From assembly GCA_028534125.1 (NCBI GenBank), contig CM052818.1, positions 11,348,001-11,412,000 on the forward strand: a DNA stretch of 64,000 bases, read 5' to 3'. The number at the start of each line of letters is the position of its first letter. The stretch's first letter is position 1. The notes under the pieces are model-generated. The model searched no databases. It had not been told where the DNA came from and was given only the letters and a program-made list of their open reading frames with translations. This document shows, piece after piece, positions 1 through 11,378 of the stretch. Made by a program: the position numbers and the translations under genes. This DNA is from Lama glama. Its lineage: Eukaryota.

Positions 1-329
1 AGACTCAGAGTACTGAAGGAGAGAGGGCTGCACAGGGAAAGGGTCTTGGAGATCGGCAGGGGCCCCTTGAGAATTTAGCAGAGTACTTACCAGCACAGGC
101 CTGTGATGAAACTACCTGAGGCTGGGGAAGGAAGCGACTGAAAGATTAGAGGAAACACTGCCTGGTGCTCACACAGGGCTGGGAGAGTGCCTGTTTCCCC
201 AGCAAGACTGAAAACCTCACATTCACAGGATGCTATGAAGAGTGCACATAAGTTCCTTGCCTTACTGGTAGGACAATAACTAGCCATAGGCTAAACACTC
301 CTCTGGACTCTCCAGAATTCAACTCTTAG

Positions 330-2290
330 GTAACTTAGCTGTGTTCTAGAACAAAAGACAAAAATATTTATGGAAACACAAAACAACCAGGACCCAACAG
401 GGAGTCTTTTACCAGATGTGCAAAGAACCTGGAAGTTATTACCTAACTGAGCAGTGAAGTCAGTAAGTTAAAAGGAACCCAAAATTGACACAGAAGTTAG
501 TATTAGAAGATAAGGACATTAAAACAGTATATTATAACTGTATTCTATGTGTTCAAAGAGTTGAGAAGAGTCAAGGAGAATAAAAAGGCCAAAAACTCCT
601 AGAGATGAAATTCACTTGGATGGGATTAATACATACTAGTCATTGTAAAAGAAAAGATTAATGAATTTGAAGACATGGCAGTAGAAACTACCGTTTATAA
701 GAAGAACAATTTAAATACAAAGAAACACGTATTTTAAAAGTAGAAAGATGGAAAAAGATTCTCCCTTCTAATACTAATTAGAAGAAAGCTGGATAGGAGG
801 AGGGAAATATCTCAGTGGTAGAGTGCATTCTTAACATGCATGAGGTCTTGGGTTCAATCCCCAGGACTTCCATTAGGGAAAAAAAAAAAGAAAGAAAGAA
901 AGCTGGACTGACTATATTAATAGAAAAAGCAGATGCAATGCCACGACAAAGAATATTAGCAAGAGTAAAGAATGTCTCATCATAATGCAAAAGAGTCAGT
1001 TCATAAAAACAGCATAGAAGTCCTAAATGTTTATGCACCTAATAACAGAACTTCAAACTATATAAGGCAAAAAATGAGGATTCCTTGGATAAACAGACAA
1101 TTACATAAGTACAATCTAGGATTTCAATATCCCTTTCTCGATAATGGGTAGAACAAGTAGACAGAAAATCAGTAAAGATGTAAATACCTATGTACATAAA
1201 ACACTCCATCTTATAAACATTAGAATACACATTCTTCAAATACACATCAAACATTTACTGAGATAAACCATATTCTGGGCCACAAAACATGTCTCAACAA
1301 ATGTAAAAGAATTTAAGTCTTGCATAATATGTTTTCTAACCACAAGGAAATTAAATAGGTAATCAAAGCAAAAAGATTTCCCAAAAGTTCCCAAATATTT
1401 GGAAATTTTTACACATTTCTAAATAAACTATAGTCCAAAGAAGAAATAAAAAGAGAAGCTAGAAAGTGATTTGACCTAAATGAAAAGTAAACATACTGTA
1501 TCAAAATTTGTGGCCCAGTAAAGCTGTACTGGGGGCAAGAGAAGGAGATTTATAACATAAAGTAGTTGTGTTAGAAAAGAAGAAAAGTCTTAAATCAATA
1601 AACTCAGCTTCTACCACAAAAACAAACAAACAAAATCCACCAACCTGCAAAAAACAGAGTAAATTAAAGAAAAAAAGCAGAAGAAAGGAAATAATAAATA
1701 AATAAATAAATGAATAAAATGGAAAATAGAAAAACAAGAGAAAAAAATGAGTAAAACCCAAAGCAGGTTCTTTGGGGGGAAAATTGGTAAACTTTTAGCC
1801 AGAGTAATTAAATTAGTAAAAAAGAAAGCAAGAAGACACAAATTCCCCATTCTAGGAAAGGGAGAGGTGACATCACTAAGGTTTTTAGCGTATTGACAGA
1901 TAAGGAAATATTATATCAAATTTATATCAAGAAATTCAACAACTTAGACAAAATGGAAAAATTCCTTGAGGAAACAAACTATGATAACTCACACAAGAAG
2001 CAGAAAGATAATCTTAATAATTCTATTATATTGAAAAAAAGATTTGGAAGTTTAAAACGTTCCCACAAAGAAAACTCCAAGACAAGATGGCTTCACTGTT
2101 GAATTCTTCCAAACATATAAGAAAATAATACCAATTTTATAGAAACTCACAAAATTGGAGAGAAGGAAATAATTCCCATCTCATTTTATGAAGCCAGAAA
2201 TACCCCAACAGCAAAACCAAAAGTAGATTTTACAAGGAAACTACAGATTAATATTTCTCATGAACACAGATGCAATTTTTTAAAAATTCC
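330..2290 (+). mobile_element. Decayed old LINE-1 (L1M-type) fragment: ORF1 remnant joined to the ORF2 endonuclease-to-RT region
   Basis: A-rich + strand with typical ORF2 motifs (aagaaagctgga..ctatattaata; aaccatattctgggccacaaaacatgtctcaacaaat; aacttagacaaaatggaaaaattccttga; tcattttatgaagccag). ORF 1893-2102 has L1-like NNLDKMEKFLE. Many stops. The 5' boundary is uncertain and may reach the window start. Confidence 0.85.
794..895 (+). mobile_element. tRNA-derived SINE (camelid Vic-1-like) inserted in the L1
   Basis: A-box-like ctcagtggtagag and B-box ggttcaatccc, then an A-rich tail. Exact 12-bp TSD aagaaagctgga at 782-793 and 896-907. Confidence 0.9.
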
Positions 2291-2547
2291 TATAAATGGA
2301 ATCTTGGCCAGGAAAGATTTTGATTTTTTTAAAAAATTTCTGTTTCTGGCCTGGAAAGATTTTGTATGATGAACCAAATACATCAAAGCTAATGAGACAT
2401 CAGAGAGTAGAGACTATGATTGTATCATGTTCTCAACATCTCCAGTAAATCAGCATTTTAAACAACTAAGTTTGTCCTTTCCACAAAGTCAAAAAAGCAG
2501 TTATTCTCTTTAGTCACTAAAGTGGCCATGGTTTCAAGAGAGAAGGT

Positions 2548-2805
2548 ATAAATTAGTGTGTAGAGCACAGATCCTGGAGTCAGACTGCCTGGGATTGAGT
2601 TTCAGCTCCACCTCTTACTAGTTTCACAGTTTGGAAATATGATTCCACCTCCCTGTGCATCAATTTCACCCGCTGTTAAACTGAGTTGATAACATCTCTG
2701 TCTCATAGGGATGCTGTCAGGAGTAAATGAGTTCATCGTTGTAAAACAAAGAAAACAGTGGAGTGCTGTGTGGAGAACGTAGTAAGTGCACACTAAGTGG
2801 ATAGC
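2548..2805 (+). mobile_element. MIR SINE, near full length
   Basis: ctggagtcagactgcctggg..cagctccacctcttactag head, tctcatagggatgctgtcaggagtaaatgag core, tagtaagtgcacactaag tail. Confidence 0.85.
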
Positions 2806-3059
2806 AAGGAGCAGTAGCAGAAGTAGCAGCAATTGCATGGTGTAAATAGCCATGAGAGGCACACACTGAACTGAGTACCGAGGAGTTTTACACTGGCTGG
2901 ATACATTAGGAAGAAAGGGAGGGACGAGCATACCACCAAAAGTCATGAGTACAAGCAAGCACTTAGCAACCATAAAGGGTATTGCTATTTTCTGGAAACT
3001 GCGATTGATGGGTGTCGAGTATAGAACACTTTTTTGTGGAATGTGGGGGAAGAGGAGAA

Positions 3060-4090
3060 AAGAGGAAGGTGTAAACAACCTAGGAGTGAAAGCTGGCAGT
3101 TGAGACTAGATGATGAGAAGCTTTGTGTGCCACGAGAAAGTAGTACAATTTGATCCTGGTCAAGATAGGAAACCATTGAAGAATTTAACGCAAGAGAGGA
3201 TCATAGCCAGACACTTATTTTTAAAGATACTTTGGGGGAAGTTATGGAAAATAGATCCAACAAAAGGAAGCTGAAATCAGGAGAACTTGCTAAGAGGCTA
3301 TATTAGTTTCCTATTGCACATGTAACAAATTACCACACTTAGTGGACTCAGACAACACAAATTTACTGTCTCTCAGTTACTGGGCTTCAAGTCTGGTGTA
3401 GGTCTCACCGGGCTAAAATCAATGTGTTGAAAAGACTGCCCTCCTTGTGGAGGCTCCAGGGTGAATCCATTTCCTTGTCTTTTCTAGTTTCTAGAGGTCA
3501 CCTGCTTTCCTTGGCTTGTGACCCCTTCCTCAGTCTTCAAAGCCAGCAACAAGAAGGTTGTGTTCCTTTCACATCAAGTTACTCTGACCTCCTTTTATGC
3601 TTCCCTCTTCCACTTTTAAAGGGCCCTGAGGTTAAATTGGACTCACCTCCAAAACCCAAGACAATGTCTCCATTTTGGGGTCAGTTGATTAGTGACCTTA
3701 ATTCCCCTTAGTTGTGTAACTTAGCATAGTCACAGGGTCTGCAGACTAGGACAGGGACAGCTTTGAAGAGGGGCCATTACTCTTCCTGCTACAGAAGCTA
3801 TTACAAAATCTCAGGTAAGACATGATAAGGGCCTAAGCAAAGGTGGTGGTGGTAGAAACAGACAGGAGGGAATATACTCAAGTATGTTTCAGATGCATAA
3901 TTGAAAGAATACACAGATTCGTAGGGGTGGCTTTGGGACAGAGGACATGAGGGAGTAAAGGAAATTAAAGATGTTTCCTAGTTGGTTAAATTTGAAAAAA
4001 CTTGGTGAAAGATGATGCCATTAACCATGACGAGTTCAGTTTTCAATATATGAATATAAAGTTCTCATAGAATATTAAGGGTGAGATGTC
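3060..4090 (-). mobile_element. L2 LINE fragment interrupted by an MLT1 LTR
   Basis: Antisense L2-like motifs (aggaaaccattgaagaatttaa; gaggc|tattacaaaatctcaggtaagacatgat; gatgatgccattaacc; gagttcagtttt) read continuously across the LTR. Confidence 0.7.
3299..3793 (-). mobile_element. MaLR solo LTR, MLT1D-like
   Basis: Begins tatattagtttcctattgc..gtaacaaattaccac, contains gggctaaaatcaa and ends gggccattactcttcctgctaca. Length 495 bp. 5-bp TSD gaggc (3294-3298) / gaagc (3794-3798). Confidence 0.9.
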
Positions 4091-4639
4091 TGAAGCTTAC
4101 AGGAAATCGGATCCAAAGTTCAGAAAGCAGAAATGCTGATGACCAAGATCTCAGCATTGTCATGTAATATCTGAAGAGTGGCTTGCCGTAAGTTACCAAG
4201 CACACTGCAGACATATGAACACATACCCACACTCCATACTTAGCAGCTTTCATTGGTACAAGCTGATACATAACATGAAAAAATAGACATATCTTGTAAT
4301 TAATTGTAAGTGATCCACTATATCTGCAACTGAATCTTGACAGTTAGCTCAGAAGAGGAGCAAAGACTTCTGAATCTAAGGGTGAATCCCTACAGAGGTG
4401 GCATTCCCAAGCCCAAAGAATGTGGAAATGGTGGTAAGGATCCATTCTGACTAAGAAGCAAAGAATTGTCACACTAGATGCCATCTGTGACTTTCCAGCC
4501 CTAGGTGCTATTGTTTTGTCTCTCACAGGAACAGCTTTGAGAATATATATTTATCCCACTGGAAACCAGGTTTCTGTTTAAGATTTGTAGCATCTCCCCA
4601 TTCCTGTGAGAGGCTATATCTTAAAAAGGCATTATTGTA

Positions 4640-4726
4640 TATGGGAAATCTCTGGATCTTCCCTTTGCATGTGCTATGAACCTAAAACTGCTTTTTCTTT
4701 TTTTTAAAAAAAGGGGAGTTTTAAAG
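4640..4726 (+). mobile_element. Very short 3' end of an L1MC-type LINE
   Basis: atgggaaatctctg..tgctatgaacctaaaactgct. Flanked by a 13/16 matching TSD, aaaaggcattattgta (4624-4639) / aaaagttactattgta (4727-4742). Confidence 0.7.
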
Positions 4727-7700
4727 AAAAGTTACTATTGTAGGCATAATAATATACTGCTTCAGAATATTTCTCTCAAAGCCCAATGATTAAAAAAATA
4801 AACAATTCATTTTATTAATTAAGGTGCTGTGATGATAGTAACATACCAACCAACAAGAGTGACTTAAAATTTTTCTCTTACAGAAAAGACCTGAGGTATT
4901 ATACAGGTCTGTTAATTCACAGCAATGCAAATGGTGCACGGTGGAAACCACAAGTAATAAAACATCCTGTAACAAAAACTTAGAATTCCATGTAAATGGC
5001 TGGGGGTGGTTGGGAAGGCAGGGTGGAAATGTCCATTTAAATATAGGACCTTGATTAATTTTCTTCTCTAGTGGAACCATAATAACCAAAAATAAGCTCA
5101 CTGGTGTAGCTGTGGTGACATATGAGTTGGAATGCATGGCGTGTGCAAAGGTGAGTAATAAAAGTGAAGCAAACGAGCAAAAATATATCAAAAGTGACGA
5201 AAGTTATGTGTTTCCATTGTTAAGAGATGTAGTGAAATTCTCATCTGGTGAATTCCAATTCAACATTTCCTTGATATATCTTTTATAATTTTCACTCTAA
5301 TTATAATGAAAATCATTTTTCAATGTAATTTTGCAATAAAAATGTTTTTTTTATTTCTCATTACATAAGAACATGATCTGGTACAGTTACTGAGCAGGCT
5401 TACAATATGCACACTGTATCTTCCCTTTCTTACCATTTAATCTCTTCATAGTCTACAGATGTCAAGAGGTTCAGATTAAGCTTGTTAAAGATCTGCTTCA
5501 CTCGAACTCACTGATGATTATTTATTTAGCAGTTTTATGTAACCCTGTCATTGATAAGCACTCTATTAATTTGCCGAGGGACAAATCAACACTAGTTATT
5601 TTTCTACCGGCTATTAGACTCGGTGCTGCTGTTTGTTACAAACCACTTGCCAGTTAATTATAAATTATGGGTCCTCTTTGCCTATATTAATTGATATCTC
5701 CTCTGCCTTTGTAATACTAGTCAAATAAATTGAAGGCAAGATTTATTAAGCAGTGTATGTCTTGTGTCTCTTGATTAGCATTCTTTACTTTTTTAACATT
5801 TGTACTTGTTTATACAGTTTTGACAGACCAATGCATTAGAGAAATGATCTTTGGGTGTTTTGCAGTAAAGAAAGAAAAAGATTTAATAGGCTTCCTACAA
5901 ATTTATTTCAAATGACCCACAATTCATTGTAAGCAATTCCTAAAATACCTTTTGAATTTGTTCTGCAGACTGGTGATGGCAGCTTCCAAATTATGCAAAA
6001 GCTAATATTCCAATGGTTTTAAAGTCTACACAGGCTGTTGCTATAAGATAAACAAATATGATGCATGTGTAACTGAAAATCTGTATCACTTTACACATGC
6101 AATATCTAATGTCCCTTTCCGTTACCTTATTGCATATATGCATTCTATTACACAGGCTTCTGCCTACATAGGAGAACTTTTTTTCTCTACTTTTCTCATT
6201 TAAACAATCTGTACATGTAATACACAGTGACAAAACAATAAACAACAGCCATTTTTAATTTTCAGAGGCATGAACTTGCTACAGGACATGCACCTTTCCA
6301 TGTGCAGCCCACAGAGGAGCTGGAGTCAGAATTTAGGCCAGGAAGGAAGAAAAAGAACAGTTTACAAAAGAAAATCTTAATTCGTTTGCTCCCTGGACAG
6401 TATCTAACATTGAAGAACTGCAAATTTAACAGGAAGGATTACCCCAGAGGCTCATTGGACTATATTCTGATTTCAAAGGGCTTAGAAACCTAGCTATCTG
6501 CCAAAGGATCTCAGTCTCTGAAATCCTAATTTTGTATATAATTTCTCCATGTAATTGACAGTTTTGATCCAAGTTGCTTTTGCAATATCTTAGATTCCTA
6601 ATAAGTCCCTATCTGACATAAATCCAGAAAATGGACAGTTAGCCTATTGGGGTGGGCATGTTGTGTCTCCATTAGTTCTCAAAGGAAAGGGAGATATATT
6701 GGTCAGGCAGATCGCTTCCTATTTTCAACTCACACGTAATTGAATCCCTTCTTCAATGTGCTCATGTTTGAGGACTTAAAGACTCCCCAATTAGAATTTA
6801 GAGGAAGCCTGTAGAGTAAAATCAGCTAGCTCATTCAGAAAACATACACTCTGCTAATATGCCATGAAACTGACCTTGAGCCACTTTTTAATAATGAGAT
6901 TTCAAGAATCATCTCCTATATCCCATGCTACCTTTTGTTAGCTGTTCTGGGAACACCTCCCAATGGATGTCGTAAGTGATAGAATTTCCTGATAGCCTTG
7001 ATTCATTTGATTATGCAGAAAATATGCTATTAATCATCCCTCACCAATTTATTATTTTGCCTGTATATCCTCCATGTTACCCTTCCTACCATTTACTACC
7101 TCACTGTTCAAAGTCTCTGTCTCCCACAGACAAACAAGATCTGAGAAGAGTAAGATTTAAGTTATTAGTTACAATGAGAAATTACTTTGATTAGCAGTGG
7201 ATTGGAGTTGACACTAACCTCTCAAATAAATCATTTTTGATTATTCGCATTTCATATCTTCACATTACTTTTGAACCCAGCTACATGGTTAATTCATTGT
7301 TTGCTGAACTGCAGTGTACATTTTTGACGTGCTGTTTTACCCAAACCCAACTCAAATTTTTCACCCATACACCACGAGATGATGGTCCTCATAAAGTCAG
7401 CAGTTGAATCTTTTTTCTTTTTCTTTGTGTCACTAGTGCTCACAACAAAAGAGGAACTCAGTACTTGTTTTATTTAATGAATAAATAGAGTTGGCCTATA
7501 AGGAGCTGATCCCGGAGGATCAAATATAATACAATAGGTGCACACATAACTACTACACTACAAGGCAGAATCATCATGCAATAGTGACTGAGAGAAAAGC
7601 AGATTTGCTTCTGTCACAGAATTTTCCAAGAGCTGCTCTGAAGGTTGGCCAAGGAGCGCACAAATTTTCCTTCTATTAATATTTCTCATTCTTAGGTGGT

Positions 7701-8694
7701 CCTTGGATTATGACCACATTTTCCTCTTGTATGAGTCCTCAATCAAGCTTTATAAAAGTCACTGAAGCTGATTCCACATTACATATAAATCTAATGTTGG
7801 ACTCCACTGGACTTCTAAGTTCCTCCAGGATCAGGATGAAGCCAGCCAACTAGGAATCACATACACCTCTCTCTCTCTCCAAAACGAATTTAATTCTTTG
7901 TTTAAGTCGGTCTTTATTAGTCTTCTTCCTTCTTAAACTAATAAACCTTTCCAGTCAATCTGTAACCATGGTTGACATATAAATACATTTACTCTGCCAA
8001 AAGTTTAGCCATCATCTTAGCACTCTAAAGTTCTTTGGAAAAAACTTGGTATGTTCTTTGGCACTGTTTTATTTGTTGGAGTTTATAAACAAGTAGACCA
8101 GGCTGTAACGTGAATATAATCTCACTTTGGATGAGCAGGGAATTTTCTGCACCGTGATAAAAATAGTCGTCACTACCCTACTTCTGTAACAAAATAATTT
8201 TACCAATCTATTGATTGGTTTAACTTTCAAGTGTTTTGTAATATGGAATCTCCATACTTGATATTAATACTGAAGGGTACCCACATAACTCTTTAATAAT
8301 TGGTCCTCTATTAAATAAACTGAAGGAATAACCTCTTACTGATGGAGGCTCCTGCTTTCTCTCTTACCTTAGAAGACCAAGCTCCTTATATGCCACATTC
8401 CCTCTTCCCCTTATTTCCTTTACACTTGTGTGACATTCACTGAGCACCTACTATGTTCACTGAATTGAGATTCCACAGATTCTGTCACTTCTAGAGAAAA
8501 CTGCTCCCCAAAAGGGTCTGAATCCACAGATATTGTCCGGCCAAGGAGCCTTCAGATAAAGTCTCATCCTTTGTATAGTTTGTGGAATATGACTATTGAT
8601 GACAGAATTGTGAAACTGTATCACCAAAAATTACTGGGCAAGATCTGCTTATTTACTTTACAAACACTAATATGGACTGAATGTCTGGCACATA

Positions 8695-8825
8695 GTACAT
8701 TCCACATAATAACCCACCAAAAGAAGACACTAGTATTATCTCCATCTTAAAGGTAAGGAAACTGAGTAGGTCACAAGGTATAGGAAAGATCAGGTACACT
8801 AATGGGCAGAATCTGCACTGATTTA
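8695..8825 (-). mobile_element. MIR fragment
   Basis: Antisense MIR core tattatctccatcttaaaggtaaggaaactgag. Confidence 0.65.
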
Positions 8826-9599
8826 GAGATAAATATAATACTAAATTCATTATTACATGAAAAACCAGTCCACTTTAAAAGCCAATGTACATCTGATGGG
8901 GCTTTAGAGTTTGATTGCAGAATTCTCTGAAAGAGGGTTATTTGGGATGTAATTAACATGACAAACAAGGGAAAGGCACAAGTTTAGCAAAAAGCTCACT
9001 TTGAGTGGATAAATTTCTCTGTTTCCTTTTTTTAAATGAGAAAGGCTGGATGAAAAGCACATAAAATAACTGCTGACTGAGTGGAGCTCTCGAGCTAAGG
9101 GCTTGTGCTGTGAAAATTCTACTTTGTCTAGCAAACACTATCAGACAGAAACCTTGAAAGTGGAACATTTATTTTTCTCATTTTCTAAAACAACAACAAC
9201 AGCAGCAAAACCCCCAGCTCTGACCCATGACTTCCCTGACAATGGGGAAAGTCACACATGGAAGGGAGGAATTCAGAAGCTGGCTTCCACTCCTCCAATA
9301 GGCTCTCTCGTTCCCAGCATCTAATTTTAACCAGGGAAGCTGAATGGATGCATGGACAGCACTAACTAAGGCATCCTGGGACAGTAGGTAGGTTCACATG
9401 AGTAATCCTCTACACAGCCATCAATTCCAAACTCCTCCCATGGTGAAAGCAGGCATTTCATGTCATAGTCTTGACACAAAGCCAAATAGAACACATAACT
9501 ATATACCAATCCCATCATTTTCCAATCATTGCCACATTCAAGAAGAAATCAAACACAGTGATTTGGAGGGAAGTATAGTTGCTTCAAAGGGGCCATGGT

Positions 9600-9805
9600 T
9601 GGGTGATGGAAACCATGGGCTCTGGAATAGAACATAACCTTCTTCAAATGGTAACTCGGCAATCTGTGTGTGTATAATATTGGGTAATTTTACCTCTCTG
9701 AGTGACTGCTTTTCCTCTTTAAAATAAATGTAATTCTTATGTCTTGGGATTTGAGAGGATTAAATGAGACAACAAGGGAGCACATTACTTGGCAAATAGT
9801 GGATG
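9600..9805 (+). mobile_element. MIR fragment
   Basis: catgggctctggaatagaac; tttacctctctgag; gagaggattaaatgagac. Confidence 0.65.
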
Positions 9806-9830
9806 ATGAAAAAAAAGTGAATTTTATTAT

Positions 9831-10278
9831 TGCATTAGTCCAGATCCTCCAAGAAACAGATGCCAAGGTGAGATTCAATGTGCAAGAAATTTATTAGAGG
9901 AAGCACCTGTGAAAGAAAATGGGGAGAGAGGCTGGTGAGGAAGGGAGAGCTTTCCAGCCATGATACTAGTGAGCCCAAATGAAGAAGTAAGGGAATGAAG
10001 ACTGGCTTGAGGAATCTCAAGCTGCCATGCACTTATTTCTAAGGAAAGTCTGGCTACACCATCATGCAGCCCTTGAGCCAAATTTGACCATCAGAGGATC
10101 CTGAATCTCCTAGAAAAGAGCCTGTCTCAAAAACAGTACCAGGCTTACTCATAGGTTGGAAGCATCCTGGGGGAAGCACAGGCTCGTAGGAGAATAGCTG
10201 GATCTCTGATACTGCAACTGAGGCCCTGGATCAGTTCTGTTCCTGCAGTCAAAAAGGTGTGTTCTCATGGTCACCACA
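9831..10278 (-). mobile_element. ERVL solo LTR, LTR16A-like
   Basis: Starts tgcattagtccagatcctccaagaaacagatgccaag, has the antisense polyA signal tttatt, and ends ttctcatggtcaccaca (TG..CA termini). 5-bp TSD attat / agtat. Confidence 0.85.
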
Positions 10279-10457
10279 AGTATTATTCAAGGCAAATCTC
10301 TGGGCAAACCTCATGTTATTGCTTCAGGAAAAGCAAAAGGAGGCAAAAAAAGAAAAGAAAAGACAAGAACAGTACACATAGAGTACTACATAATACAAAC
10401 TAATTACAAAATCAGGGCATCTTTTAGGTTATGTATTTGTTACAAAAAGGGACATGA

Positions 10458-10997
10458 TAAATGTCCATTGACAGATGACTGGATAAAGAAGCTATTACAT
10501 ATTTATACAATGGAACACTGCTCAGCCATAAAAAAGAATAAAATAATGTCATTTGCAGCAACATGGGTGGACCTAGATATTGTCATTCTAAGTCAGAAAG
10601 AGAAAGAAAAATACCATATATCATTCATATGTCAAATCTAAAAAAAGAAAGAAGACACTAATGAACTTATCTACAAAACAGAAACAGACTCACAGACATA
10701 GTAACAAACTTATGGTTACTGGGGGGAATGGGAAAGGAAGGGATAAATAGGAAGACTGAGATTTTCAGATACCAACTACTATATATAAAATAGATAAACA
10801 ACAAGTTTCTTCTGAATAGCACAGGGAACTATATTCAATATCTTGTAGTAACTTATAATGAAAAAGAATATGAAAATGAATATATGTACGCATATGTATG
10901 ACTGAAACGTTATCCTTCACACCAGAAGTTGACACATTTGTAAACTGATGATACTTCAATAAAAATAAATAAAATAGTTTTTAAAATATCAAAAAAA
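10458..10997 (+). mobile_element. 5'-truncated LINE-1 (ORF2 C-terminus, 3' UTR, A tail), camelid-type
   Basis: Translates to KCPLTDDWIKKL..IYTMEHCSAIKKNKIMSFAATWVDL (L1 ORF2 C-terminus). 3' UTR actactatatataaaatagataaacaacaag..tacttcaataaaa. Degenerate TSD aaaaagggacatga / aagaaagacacga. Confidence 0.92.
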
Positions 10998-11220
10998 GAA
11001 AGACACGAAGTCACAGGGATGCAAAAGGATGCCATTTCAAATTTTAAGATGATTCTCACTTTGATTAAAAGCAAGTTATGAAAGCAAATAACCCTTGAAA
11101 ACTGCTTTTACTCACTCCTTTCCAACTTAGAACTGACTTTCATGAACAGATTTCTTCAAATGTATTATTTTTCATGCTTTCCTTTTTCTTCTTTTTTTTT
11201 TCCCATCAGATTATATGATT

Positions 11221-11378
11221 AAGTGGTTTTTAGCTTTTTCCTGGTCTTGAACCTTTTTGAGACTCGGAGGAAAGTGCTAATATTCTCCAGCACCCTCAAA
11301 ATGCACATATATTCATGCAAAATAAGGGGTACAATTCCAGTGGGCTCTAAAATCCATTGATGCAAGGCTTAACAAGAC
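11221..11378 (+). mobile_element. Non-autonomous hAT-Charlie-type DNA transposon remnant
   Basis: agtggtttttagctttt..acctttttgaga..aaaatgcacatat..tacaattccag..ggcttaacaa resembles recalled small Charlie elements. Confidence 0.5.

Noticed and set aside
800..872. tRNA-Ala-like gene (also 30265-30340)
   Set aside because: A-rich tail, TSD at the first copy and a degenerate acceptor stem show these are SINE heads, not tRNA genes.
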